DNA of 56,721 bases. Origin: an uncultured Bdellovibrio sp. (GTDB lineage Bacteria; Bdellovibrionota; Bacteriovoracia; Bacteriovoracales; Bacteriovoracaceae). Below the pieces are notes generated by a model, which was not told the DNA's origin, searched no databases, and was given only the letters and a program-made list of their open reading frames with translations. Positions 26,295-35,415 of this stretch are shown here, piece by piece (positions within the stretch are counted from its first letter, which is position 1; every line of letters starts with the position of its first letter). The position numbers and the translations under genes are program-made. The stretch is from the NCBI GenBank assembly GCA_964359085.1, contig CAYHRT010000001.1, forward strand, positions 1 to 56,721. Direction: 5' to 3'.

Positions 26295-26322
26295 AGAAGT
26301 GGCCCCAAGATGGGCCACTTCT
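26295..26322. terminator. bidirectional hairpin between convergent genes
   Basis: agaagtggccc-caagat-gggccacttct, a perfect 11-bp stem. Confidence 0.6.
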
Positions 26323-26323
26323 G

Positions 26324-27760
26324 TTATTTGGGAAGATGAGGAATTTTGAGGATGAATTTTGCCCCTTCGCCTGGCGAGGATTCTACAGAAAGGAACCCAT
26401 CATGCATGGCCACAATAGAATAGGCGGTGGCCAAGCCAAGTCCCGTGCCTTTTTTCCCGCTCTTGGTTGTGAAAAAAGGATCAAAGATTTTACGTCGAAT
26501 TTCTTCAGGAATACCTGGCCCATTATCCTTCACCAAAATATTGAGCATGCCCTTTTCGATACTGGCAGCAATGACAATTTGCATCTCCGCTTTTGGATGA
26601 TCCAGCAGGGCATCCCTTGCATTATCAAGCAGGTTGCCCAAAACCTGGGTGACCAGTCTTGGGTCAAAACTGGCAATCATATTTGTATTAGAAATATCCA
26701 AGGAGAGCGTAATATTCTGTGCCTCCAATCTAACTTTCTGAGTGTCATAAAAGGTCTGCAGAAATTTATCTAACCCAACTTTTTCGATAGATGGCCGGTC
26801 TTGGCGTGCAAAAGTGAGAATATCGGCCAAAATTTGGTTGGCACGATAAACCTCGTTAATTGCTGTTTTAAGCGTTGTCGCCCCATCCTGACCTTTTTCA
26901 ATCTTTCTTTCCGCCAATTGAATATTGGCCAAAATATTACCTAGGGGATTTTTGATTTCATGTGCCACTCCGGCAGAAAACTGGCCTAGGGTTGCAAGTT
27001 TTTCTGAGAGGGCCAAATCTTGGGCCATATTTTTTATGCGACTTTCGCGCTCTTTGAGTTTCTTCCCCATAAGGGCAAACGAACGAGAGAGACGACCGAC
27101 CTCGTCTTGGGAATCCCTAGCGATCTCAATCTCAAATTCACCCTCCGACATTTTTTCGGTTATCCGCGTAAGATTTTCTAATGGCCGAGAAATTCGTTTG
27201 GTGAATAAGGCCGCGATGAGAATGGTCAGAAACGCAAGACTCAGTCCTAACCACAAGAGTTTAGAAAAGATTGGTCTCATCACCAACCAAAGTGTGGATT
27301 TGGGAAAAAAAACTGCCACATAGAGATTGGCATCTCCCGGGATTGGGGCCATGCCTACAAAATTTGTCTGCCCTTGAATGGAAATTTCTTTGGTCATGGC
27401 GATTTGCAATTTACTCAAACTTGCCAAGTCTAAAGACTTAAGAGGGCCCAAGTAATCTTGAGCAGAGGTTGACTCTCCGAGTGGATTGGCCATCAAGGCT
27501 TCGCCTTCTGCATTAAAAACAAAAATGCGATATGGTCCCATGGGCAAAACATCTTTCAAAGAAACTAGTGAAGACTGCGCTCGCAATCCGACACTGAGGG
27601 CCCTGGCCGTAGAAGATGACAATGTCGAGGCATCAAGAAGAAAATCATTGCGTTCTTTTTTTACAAAGTTGCGAAGACCTATATAGGATGTTCCAAGAAA
27701 TGTGATGCCGACGACGAGAACAACCAACAGAATAAATTGATTTCTAAGCTTGGCCTTCAT
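26324..27760 (-). CDS. HAMP-domain sensor histidine kinase (NtrB/AtoS-like)
   Basis: 478 aa. Two TM segments, a HAMP domain, H-box [15 protein letters not shown]-box [16 protein letters not shown] and GTGLGLA. Confidence 0.9.
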   Translation of the reverse strand: MKAKLRNQFILLVVLVVGITFLGTSYIGLRNFVKKERNDFLLDASTLSSSTARALSVGLRAQSSLVSLKDVLPMGPYRIFVFNAEGEALMANPLGESTSAQDYLGPLKSLDLASLSKLQIAMTKEISIQGQTNFVGMAPIPGDANLYVAVFFPKSTLWLVMRPIFSKLLWLGLSLAFLTILIAALFTKRISRPLENLTRITEKMSEGEFEIEIARDSQDEVGRLSRSFALMGKKLKERESRIKNMAQDLALSEKLATLGQFSAGVAHEIKNPLGNILANIQLAERKIEKGQDGATTLKTAINEVYRANQILADILTFARQDRPSIEKVGLDKFLQTFYDTQKVRLEAQNITLSLDISNTNMIASFDPRLVTQVLGNLLDNARDALLDHPKAEMQIVIAASIEKGMLNILVKDNGPGIPEEIRRKIFDPFFTTKSGKKGTGLGLATAYSIVAMHDGFLSVESSPGEGAKFILKIPHLPK

Positions 27761-28680
27761 TGTTTGCGCCAGACCTTAAGCATGCGATGTTCAAGATTCT
27801 TGCCACTTTCGATTTGCAATCCCAAAATATTTTTGCCAATTTCGAGATCGTAATAAAATTTAAATGATCCATCATCTGTTGCGATAATTTTTTTTCCATT
27901 TAAGAAAACTTTGATATCTCCTCGCATAGATCCCTTGAACAATAATTTAGTATCGGTTGTCGTCAGCTCTTCGCCAGAAGGCGACTCCAGCACAAACTCT
28001 GGCTTCACCAAAATAGGCGGCTTCTCTTCTTGCACATCGCCTGCCGGAAGCTCCTCTTCAAATTTAACTTCTTCGGGTGCAATAAAGGTTTTAGTTTCCC
28101 CCGAATTCATTTCCATCGTCTTACCTTTGGTGGCCACTTCGGCGGTACCCGATAACAACGTCACCACCAATAATTTCTTCTGTCCTCGTATCTTTAGCCT
28201 AGAGGGTCCGCCCCCACCATGCTTGGACCTTACCCAACCTGCTGGCGTTCGGACCTCAAAATTCATAGAACGTTCATCGCCACGAGATTCCACATGAATC
28301 TGTCCGTTCGGCAGTGAAAGAATTTGATCGGGAGCACCCCGCTCGCGACTTTTTCGATCTAAAATCACAACCAGGGTATCTTCTGCCATATTTAATTTAC
28401 TTGAATCGTCAAAAGTAACCAAGGCAGTGGAATCCTTCCCGGTTCTGAGGGAATCATAGTTGGATAGGGTCAACCCTATAATGGCATCTGGCCATTCAAA
28501 CGAATTATTTCTCTTATATTGAACTTCATTATTTTTCTCACTTAAAACCGCAACATTTGGCGACAAGTCTTGCTTCTGCGCAATTTCATTTTGGGGACTT
28601 TTTTGGGATTGGGTGAAAAAATAAATTCCTGATAAAATTCCCACAGCAATCAAAAAAAGAAACAAGAGAGTTTTTCTCAT
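27757..28680 (-). CDS. FecR-domain membrane-anchored protein
   Basis: Start trimmed to ATG 28680 (MRKTLLFLFLIAVGILSGIYFF); the longer track ORF would overlap the divergent regulator. FecR-like LRTGKDSTALVTFDDSSKLNMAEDTLVVI. A 4-nt ATGA overlap links it to the kinase gene. Confidence 0.65.
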   Translation of the reverse strand: MRKTLLFLFLIAVGILSGIYFFTQSQKSPQNEIAQKQDLSPNVAVLSEKNNEVQYKRNNSFEWPDAIIGLTLSNYDSLRTGKDSTALVTFDDSSKLNMAEDTLVVILDRKSRERGAPDQILSLPNGQIHVESRGDERSMNFEVRTPAGWVRSKHGGGGPSRLKIRGQKKLLVVTLLSGTAEVATKGKTMEMNSGETKTFIAPEEVKFEEELPAGDVQEEKPPILVKPEFVLESPSGEELTTTDTKLLFKGSMRGDIKVFLNGKKIIATDDGSFKFYYDLEIGKNILGLQIESGKNLEHRMLKVWRKQ

Positions 28681-28732
28681 ACAAAGTAGTGTAAAATAGA
28701 TCGGAGAAATATCCAACCTAAGCGAGAGTAAA

Positions 28733-30112
28733 ATGCGATTAGTCATTATTGATGACGACCCGACCATGGGACCAACCCTCAAATCTGCTGTCGAAGATGC
28801 ACATGAAGTAACCGTATTTAGTGATCCCATTGCCGGCCTTGCTTTTTTAGAAAAGCACGCTGTCGATCTGGTAATCACCGATCAGCAAATGCCGGGCATG
28901 CAAGGAATCGATTTAATCAAAAAGGCCAAAGCCTTCTCTCCTGAAACATCGTTTATTCTCATGACTGCCTATGCCTCGGTTCAAGATGCCGTAACCGCGC
29001 TCCAAAATGGAGCTTCTGACTATATTCTCAAGCCGCTTAACCTGACTGAATTTGATCATCGTTTAAAACGCATTGAAGAACTTAGGGCCCAAGGCCGACA
29101 GATTTCTTTACGCCAGCAAAAATCCAAAGGCCTATCACGTTTGCTTGGTCATAGTGAAAATATGAGGGCGGCGAAAGAATTCGCTGCAAAAGTGGCAGAC
29201 GTACCATCCTCCATTCTCATTTTGGGCCAAACCGGAACAGGAAAAGAAGTCCTGGCGAAATCTATTCATGAATCTTCAAAGAATGCTTTCGGGCCTTTTG
29301 TGGCGATTAACTGCGCCACTCTTAGTAAAGAACTCATGGACTCTGAGTTGTTTGGCCACGAAAAAGGGTCTTTCACCGGTGCCATAGATTCTAGGCAGGG
29401 TAAATTCGAACTGGCGGAAGGCGGTACGATCTTCCTAGATGAAATTGGAGAACTCTCCTATGAGTTACAGGCAAAACTGCTGCGCGTTTTGCAGGAAAAA
29501 GAATTTTATAGAGTCGGTGGGCAAAAGAGCATTCATACTACGGCCAGAGTTATTGCGGCCACTCATCGTGACCTCCTCTCGTTGTCGAAAGAAGGCGCGT
29601 TCCGCGAAGATTTGTTTTTCCGCCTCAATGTTTTATCTTTCACTCTTCTTCCTCTATCAGCAAGGCCAGAAGATTTGAAAGCACTCATCGATTTTTTTTG
29701 GAAAGATTTGTGTATGGAACTCAAACGCTATCCAAAAATGAATGCGCAAGTTGAAAGCAAACTCATGGCCTATGATTATCCGGGCAACATTCGTGAACTC
29801 AAAAATATTTTGGAGCGACTGATCGTGCTGGGCGAAGCTAATAAAGAAGTCAGCGCTACTCTTTTGCCATTAGAAGTATCAAAAAATAACCCAACCCCCG
29901 CTCTTACCTCTTCGACAACTCAATCTCAAACCCTGACCGAAGGCAAAGGACTGAATCAATTTCTAGAAGAAATCGAGTTTCGCATCATTAAGGACATTAT
30001 GGAGCAAGAATCACACAATCAAATCAAAGCGGCCAAGCGATTGCAGCTTACGCGAGGGAGCTTACAGTACAAATTAAAAAAGATGGAAGACTTAGGACTC
30101 ATGACAAAATAA
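28733..30112 (+). CDS. sigma-54-dependent response regulator (NtrC/AtoC family)
   Basis: Receiver (DLVITDQQMPGMQG), AAA+ Walker A GQTGTGKE, GSFTGA (GAFTGA-type loop), Walker B FLDEIGEL, and a C-terminal Fis-type HTH AAKRLQLTRGSLQYKLKK. Confidence 0.92.
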   Translation: MRLVIIDDDPTMGPTLKSAVEDAHEVTVFSDPIAGLAFLEKHAVDLVITDQQMPGMQGIDLIKKAKAFSPETSFILMTAYASVQDAVTALQNGASDYILKPLNLTEFDHRLKRIEELRAQGRQISLRQQKSKGLSRLLGHSENMRAAKEFAAKVADVPSSILILGQTGTGKEVLAKSIHESSKNAFGPFVAINCATLSKELMDSELFGHEKGSFTGAIDSRQGKFELAEGGTIFLDEIGELSYELQAKLLRVLQEKEFYRVGGQKSIHTTARVIAATHRDLLSLSKEGAFREDLFFRLNVLSFTLLPLSARPEDLKALIDFFWKDLCMELKRYPKMNAQVESKLMAYDYPGNIRELKNILERLIVLGEANKEVSATLLPLEVSKNNPTPALTSSTTQSQTLTEGKGLNQFLEEIEFRIIKDIMEQESHNQIKAAKRLQLTRGSLQYKLKKMEDLGLMTK

Positions 30113-30276
30113 GGTGTGCAGATCGCGCCCAGACAAAATAAAAACAATAAGTTGCTAATCCAGAGTTTCTCACTCGGCCATCCTAAAAAAATCTTACTCT
30201 CGCCGGCCAAAACAAATGTCTATTGCATTTCGTTGGAAGTGCTTAAGGGAGCAACATATAATCGCTTGGAATTCAT

Positions 30277-30450
30277 AACCTGAGTTTGGGATTAGGGTCG
30301 TAGCGAGAAGTCGTCTGACAAAGGAGTTCAAGGACGCACAAGTGAAAAACCGGAGGCGTAGCAGAGCTACGTCGAGGATTTTGAACGCGGAGGACGCTGA
30401 AATCCTTTGTTAGGCGGCTTCGCAGTAGACCCTAATCCCAAACTCAGGTT
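30277..30450 (+). repeat. Family-B long-hairpin intergenic element, copy 1 (174 nt)
   Basis: A 23-bp perfect terminal inverted repeat, aacctgagtttgggattagggtc / gaccctaatcccaaactcaggtt. 170 of 174 nt are identical to 52741-52914. Confidence 0.92.
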
Positions 30451-30489
30451 CATAAGTTCTTTAACATCCATTTGCCTAAGGAGATTGCT

Positions 30490-31089
30490 ATGCAATTTAT
30501 TAAGTGTTTGCTCGTCGCTATGCCTTTTTTATTTACCAGCGCCTTCGCCAGTGTCGAAGGCCTGTTCCATGTTGAAAGCTCTTTTTCCTATCTCAAAGGG
30601 AGCAAGACCCTGACTGTACCTGCGGGAGATTATAAAGCAGATTTGAAGGTAAGCAATTCTTCCATGACTTTAAAATTCAGAGATCAGACCGATGAAAAGC
30701 ATAAAATAAAAATGGAAGTCCCACGCGATTCTGTGCCCTCACGCAACGGCAGCTTCCATTATGAAAGCACTCAAGTTGAGCAACCCTTTGATCTATCAGG
30801 TCAGGTGGCGACGCAAGAAGAGAGAACTCCAACCCAATCACGCTATGAGAGCTGCACTTACCAGCGCCCTGTGCAAGTTTGCACCATTGATCCCTACGGT
30901 CGTCGTATTTGTCGCGTAGAATATCAAACAGTACAGGGTAACCACCAAGTGCTGTTTCACTATCTGATTGCACTCCGATCAACACTGGTGAATCTCGAAG
31001 GTGCCACTGATCGCAATCTCTTGGGAAATTTCTCCGGTACCGAAAATATCGAACAAATTATCACCGAACATGTGGGAGCTTGCTATTAA
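30490..31089 (+). CDS. secreted hypothetical protein
   Basis: Start trimmed to ATG 30490 (aaggag 6 nt upstream). Signal peptide MQFIKCLLVAMPFLFTSAFA. Confidence 0.55.
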   Translation: MQFIKCLLVAMPFLFTSAFASVEGLFHVESSFSYLKGSKTLTVPAGDYKADLKVSNSSMTLKFRDQTDEKHKIKMEVPRDSVPSRNGSFHYESTQVEQPFDLSGQVATQEERTPTQSRYESCTYQRPVQVCTIDPYGRRICRVEYQTVQGNHQVLFHYLIALRSTLVNLEGATDRNLLGNFSGTENIEQIITEHVGACY

Positions 31090-31100
31090 GCATAATAAGT

Positions 31101-31188
31101 GAGGTACCATGACCCCTTTGGGACTCATCGCGCCACTTAGCGGCTGCGGTGAGTCCCAAAGGGGTCATGGTACCTCTCATTTTTTTTT
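31101..31188 (+). terminator. intrinsic terminator with an unusually long perfect stem
   Basis: gaggtaccatgacccctttgggactca (31101-31127) pairs perfectly with 31150-31176. A 22-nt loop, then T9 after 4 nt. Confidence 0.75.
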
Positions 31189-31275
31189 CTAAGTCAGTTG
31201 TAGTCGCTCATCGAACTTTCAGATATTATGACGGCAACGGCATTCCAAACTGCGCTTTGCCCCTGGAGGACACAC

Positions 31276-32481
31276 ATGACAAATAAACTCGATCGTATTT
31301 CCTTCGGTAAAATTGTTCAAATTCGTGAGCGACTTCTCAAAACACAGGCCACGGGAAAAAAAGTTTTCCGTTTTGAATCGGGTGATCCAAGCTTTAGTGT
31401 TTCTGAACCGGTCATCAGTGCCATCCGGCAAGCAGCAGAAACAGGCAGGACCCACTACATCCCCAATGATGGAATTCCTGAGTTAAAAAAAGAACTCCAG
31501 ATCAAACTGGAAAATAAAAATAAAATCAAACTTCCCCATGCAGATTATATCTATGTCACCAACGGCGCCATGCATGCGCTCTACGTGATTTGGCAATGCC
31601 TGCTAGAACCAGGCGATGAAGTCATTGTTCCCGATCCCATGTGGACTGAGGCGGTAGAGAATATTCGTCTGGCCGACGCTACCCCCGTGCAAGTCATCCT
31701 CTCACATGAGGATGGTTATCGTTACGATCCCAAAAAAATCGCGGCCCAAATTAATTCCAAGACCAAAGCCATTTTTGTTAATTCTCCTCATAATCCTACC
31801 GGTTCAGTTGCCAGTCGCGAGACTCTCCTGGAAATTTTGGATCTCGCGAAACAACACAATCTTTTTATCGTTACGGATGAGGCCTATGAAGACGTGGTCT
31901 ATGATGCCAAACATTTTTCTATAGCAGCTTTGGCCCAAGAAAAATATAAGGGTGCTGAAGGTGAGGCCTTGCAACGTAAAATTATTAGTATTTACTCGTT
32001 TTCTAAATCCTATGCCATGAGTGGATTGCGAGTCGGTTACATTGTTACCCTGGACGACTCAATTCGTGAGCGAATTTCCAAACTACTTCGCTGCACGATC
32101 AATGGTGTGAACAGTATTACCCAGTGGGCAGCCATTGCTGCTATCCGCACTCCAATGGATCACCTTGAAGGAATGAAGAGAGAGTATCGTGAGCGCCGCA
32201 GATTAATGCTCGATGCCTTAACGGGTATTCCCGGCCTTCATCCTTTTGCTCCAGATGGAGCGTTCTACCTTTGGTGTAAGCTCGATCCAAAACTGTATCA
32301 AAAATTGGGAATTAAAAATGCCGATGAGGTTTCTAATGCCCTGGCGGAAAAGGGAATAGGGAGCGCTCCCGGCGATAGTTTTGGTCTCCATTGCCACGAT
32401 GCCATTCGTTTTGCCTATAGCTGTGCGACTTCAATGGTGATCGAGGGAACGGCTGAGCTTGCGCGCTTTTTTGGAAAATAA
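31276..32481 (+). CDS. class I/II PLP-dependent aminotransferase (aspartate aminotransferase-like)
   Basis: Start trimmed to ATG 31276 (ggagga 5 nt upstream). Motifs NSPHNPTG, DEAYEDVVY and SFSKSYAMSGLRVGY (PLP lysine). Confidence 0.9.
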   Translation: MTNKLDRISFGKIVQIRERLLKTQATGKKVFRFESGDPSFSVSEPVISAIRQAAETGRTHYIPNDGIPELKKELQIKLENKNKIKLPHADYIYVTNGAMHALYVIWQCLLEPGDEVIVPDPMWTEAVENIRLADATPVQVILSHEDGYRYDPKKIAAQINSKTKAIFVNSPHNPTGSVASRETLLEILDLAKQHNLFIVTDEAYEDVVYDAKHFSIAALAQEKYKGAEGEALQRKIISIYSFSKSYAMSGLRVGYIVTLDDSIRERISKLLRCTINGVNSITQWAAIAAIRTPMDHLEGMKREYRERRRLMLDALTGIPGLHPFAPDGAFYLWCKLDPKLYQKLGIKNADEVSNALAEKGIGSAPGDSFGLHCHDAIRFAYSCATSMVIEGTAELARFFGK

Positions 32482-32518
32482 AAAAATCAAACCCAGAAAT
32501 TGCTGGGTTTGATTTTTT
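32481..32518. terminator. bidirectional intrinsic terminator
   Basis: aaaaaatcaaacccag-aaattg-ctgggtttgatttttt: a 16-bp stem whose outer A/T base pairs supply the U-tract for either strand. It lies between convergent genes. Confidence 0.8.
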
Positions 32519-32548
32519 ATCTTTGACAACAGACGGCAACAGACCTAA

Positions 32549-33013
32549 TCAAATCTTTTCAGAATCTCTGTCTTTTTTGCCTTTATGCTTCCCCTTAAAT
32601 TGTTCCCTTATGGCCGCTCGGTTGGATTTCAGCATGGCCATGTATCTTTGACGGATTTGCTTTATTTCCTCATGATGGGCCTGTCTTCGCTTTTTCATGT
32701 TTTCCTTGAAGGCCGCCTGCTTTTGTTTCAAGGTATCACGAACTGATTTATTTTTTTCTTTGTCTCCTGGGGTCAGATTATCAGTCATGGACTTGGCTTC
32801 CATGATTTGGCCCTTTCCCAAATCATACATTTCATTTTCAAAGACAATCCTTTTATTATGGATCTCATCGAGCATCTGCAGACGTATTTCTAGATTCTTA
32901 CTGGCCAATTCCTTAAATTTATTTTGCATATCCTGAGGAATTTCACGGGGAACTTCCTTGGAAATGGCAGCGAATGCCCATAGAATGGAAAAGATGCTTA
33001 ATAATTTTAACAT
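32549..33013 (-). CDS. periplasmic helical protein (Spy/CpxP-like stress protein guess)
   Basis: Start trimmed to ATG 33013 (aggagg upstream). Signal peptide MLKLLSIFSILWAFAA. K/E/Q-rich helical sequence. Divergent from the ECF sigma gene. Confidence 0.5.
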   Translation of the reverse strand: MLKLLSIFSILWAFAAISKEVPREIPQDMQNKFKELASKNLEIRLQMLDEIHNKRIVFENEMYDLGKGQIMEAKSMTDNLTPGDKEKNKSVRDTLKQKQAAFKENMKKRRQAHHEEIKQIRQRYMAMLKSNRAAIREQFKGKHKGKKDRDSEKI

Positions 33014-33118
33014 GTTGTCCTCCTTATTAAGGAAACTCGGTTCCTTTGCTCTATGTACGAGTGGGGGCCACAAAAGTGTCATGACACTTTTCTCAACAAT
33101 ATCCGTATATTTATTAAT

Positions 33119-33721
33119 ATGTCGATTATAAACAAGATCTTCCATATCAGCGACGAGTCTTTAATAGAAGAGATAAAACGGCAAAGTTCGGGTGCATATT
33201 TCGAACTCTTTCATCGATACCAAAAGGGAGTTTACAACTTTGCATTATCCTATTCCCACCGCCCAGAAATTGCCGCAGAGATCACGCAAGAGTGCTTTCT
33301 GAAACTCATGACAAAGTCTGGCAGTTTTGAAAAAGGCAAGGTTTTCAGACCTTGGTTTTGGAGCTTGGTGCGCAACCAGTGCCATGATTGGTACCGCAAA
33401 GAAAAAGGGGAACGCCTTGAACCCGATACTCTGGTCTCCAATTTTCCTGCCGATAAGATCTCTGATGAAATCGCGACGGATGAAATGTTTATGAAGTTAC
33501 TACAGGAGATCCAGCGACAACAAATCTTGGAAACACTGGCGCTCTTGCACACCTCTGAAAGGGAGATTTTGCTCTTATGGTTAGAAGATCTTAGCTACCT
33601 TGAGATAGCAGAGGCGATGAGTAAGACTCAAGATGGAGTAAAAGGATTACTCAAGCGGGCCAAGCAGAAATTTGCAAATCTTTGGAAAGAGAAAAATGGG
33701 AGAGAGAAAAATGAAAAATAA
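33119..33721 (+). CDS. ECF-type RNA polymerase sigma factor
   Basis: Start trimmed to ATG 33119. Region 2 (FELFHRYQKGVYNFALSY..AEITQECFLKL) and region 4 (REILLLWLEDLSYLEIAEAMSKTQDGVKGLLKRAKQKF). Confidence 0.85.
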   Translation: MSIINKIFHISDESLIEEIKRQSSGAYFELFHRYQKGVYNFALSYSHRPEIAAEITQECFLKLMTKSGSFEKGKVFRPWFWSLVRNQCHDWYRKEKGERLEPDTLVSNFPADKISDEIATDEMFMKLLQEIQRQQILETLALLHTSEREILLLWLEDLSYLEIAEAMSKTQDGVKGLLKRAKQKFANLWKEKNGREKNEK

Positions 33722-34034
33722 AATAAAAAATAAAATATATTTTGAACCACCTAAATCGATTCAGGAAAACCTACAGAGAAAACTTTTTCCAAAGCCAACT
33801 GCCTTTCATTGGAAACGGCTCATTCCGGCCATGACAATATGCTTGTTTATCGGAGTTGTTACTTACAAATATCTCAATCGCCCTGCCCCCGAGGCATACT
33901 ATGATGAAGCCTACGTCGAATTATTTTTTGAGGCCGATGAAATGCAAGATCAGGGTATTGAGGAATTTGCCACAAATACCACGCAAGAGGATGAAGCTGC
34001 GCAAGACGAGGAATCGGCAGAGACTCTGATCTAA
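33711..34034 (+). CDS. single-pass membrane protein, candidate anti-sigma factor
   Basis: ATG 33711 overlaps the sigma-factor stop. One TM segment (LIPAMTICLFIGVVTY) and an acidic C-terminus. The call rests on position only. Confidence 0.45.
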   Translation: MKNKIKNKIYFEPPKSIQENLQRKLFPKPTAFHWKRLIPAMTICLFIGVVTYKYLNRPAPEAYYDEAYVELFFEADEMQDQGIEEFATNTTQEDEAAQDEESAETLI

Positions 34035-34049
34035 GGGCCCGTCCAAATG

Positions 34050-35405
34050 CTACAAAAATACCAAAAAGGCAGCCGACACTAAGACCATATAGGCCGCACA
34101 GGCAATAAGAAGGTATCCAAGAATATCCTTGAAATCCAGCTTGGCCACGGCCAACAGGGGAAGGGCCCAGAAGGGCTGAATCAGATCGGTGGCCATATCG
34201 CCCCAGGCGTAGGCGAGAACAATTTTGGCGTTATCCACTCCCATGGTTTTGGCCGCCGCCAAAATATAGGGGGCTTCGATGGTCCACTTCGCTCCACCAC
34301 TCGGAACAAAATAGTTAATAATGCCCGAGTACCAGTAGATGACGGCCGGAAAAGTCGAAGCCGAAGCGTGTCTAACAAAAAAATCGCCTACGATATCAGT
34401 CAAGCCAGTACCCTGAAAAATACCATAAATCCCAGCATAGAGGGGAAATTGAAATACAATTCCGGAAAGAACGCTGGCGGCCTCCTCGGCGGCAGCCAAC
34501 ACGCTCGCGGGTGTGCGATGAAAAAGAACCGCAAGAGAGAAAAAAATGAAATTCACCAGATCAATGTCAATTTTGCGCCAGCCATTTTCGTGTAAACGCA
34601 AGGCCACATAGAGGAGTCCTGCGCATCCCACGATAAGATTCAGCATCGGAGTATGATCGAGCCATGCCGCCGGAGTCATTGTTCGAGGGCGCTGGGGTGG
34701 TGTGAAGCTCTTTAAAAGATCGACGCGCGAGGAGTCCACCGCAAAGGTCTCCTCTTCTCTGGGATGGAGAAACCAGGCCAAGACACCTAAGAGAATCAGA
34801 GTCGCCACGACTAGGGCAATGTTGAAGACAGAAAAGATTGTCTGGTCAATGGTTACAAGTCCGAATTTCTGGGTGATGGGTTCGGCGGCCGTGGCGGCAA
34901 TGAGGGGCGCGCTGGCCGAGAGACCGGCGTGCCAGGTGGCACCCAAACCGAAGTAGGCACTGGCGACCAACAGCCGATAGTCGGCCTGGATTTCGGTCGG
35001 CCCAAATTTTCTTTTGGCGAGAAAGCGTACCATCACAGCACTTCCCACAATGGAAAGCCCCCAGTTTAGGAGCGCCAGTCCCATGGAGACCAAGGCCATA
35101 AAGACCACGGCACTGCGAGGCGAGCGGGGCAATGCCGCAAGCCGCTCAAGAGCGCGGGAGATCAGAGGGGAAACGGCCAGCATATAACCAGTAAACATCA
35201 CCAGGGCCATGCGCATCCCGAAGGCCAGCAGCGACCAGAATCCGTCGCCCCACGAGCGCAGTACCGTTTCGAGTAAAGCCCCCGCGGCCACCAGTGCAAG
35301 GCCGGCCGTAGCGAGAGTAAGAAGGACGGCGATGGAAAAGGCCGAGGGAACGAAACGTTCTGAAAAACGGCCCAGGCGAATAGCGATCCTGGCAATGAGA
35401 TTCAT
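34050..35405 (-). CDS. atoE: short-chain fatty acid transporter (AtoE family)
   Basis: 451 aa, polytopic. Strong resemblance to E. coli AtoE along its length (WGDGFWSLLAFGMRMAL, VPSGGAKW, QPFWALPLLAVA). Confidence 0.88.
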   Translation of the reverse strand: MNLIARIAIRLGRFSERFVPSAFSIAVLLTLATAGLALVAAGALLETVLRSWGDGFWSLLAFGMRMALVMFTGYMLAVSPLISRALERLAALPRSPRSAVVFMALVSMGLALLNWGLSIVGSAVMVRFLAKRKFGPTEIQADYRLLVASAYFGLGATWHAGLSASAPLIAATAAEPITQKFGLVTIDQTIFSVFNIALVVATLILLGVLAWFLHPREEETFAVDSSRVDLLKSFTPPQRPRTMTPAAWLDHTPMLNLIVGCAGLLYVALRLHENGWRKIDIDLVNFIFFSLAVLFHRTPASVLAAAEEAASVLSGIVFQFPLYAGIYGIFQGTGLTDIVGDFFVRHASASTFPAVIYWYSGIINYFVPSGGAKWTIEAPYILAAAKTMGVDNAKIVLAYAWGDMATDLIQPFWALPLLAVAKLDFKDILGYLLIACAAYMVLVSAAFLVFL

Positions 35406-35415
35406 GCTGAGTTCC

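Noticed and set aside
30122-30133. atcgcgcccaga, identical to the start of the family-A inner left arm, 10 nt after the regulator stop
   Set aside because: The 12-nt identity is intriguing, since it lies about 140 nt upstream of family-B copy 1. There is no matching right arm or further similarity, so it is too short to call a relic.
33014-33118. ggaaactcggttcc as an ECF-sigma promoter or operator between the Spy-like gene and the sigma gene
   Set aside because: Spacing to any plausible -10 (CGT or TCNAA type) does not fit on either strand, and the palindrome is imperfect.
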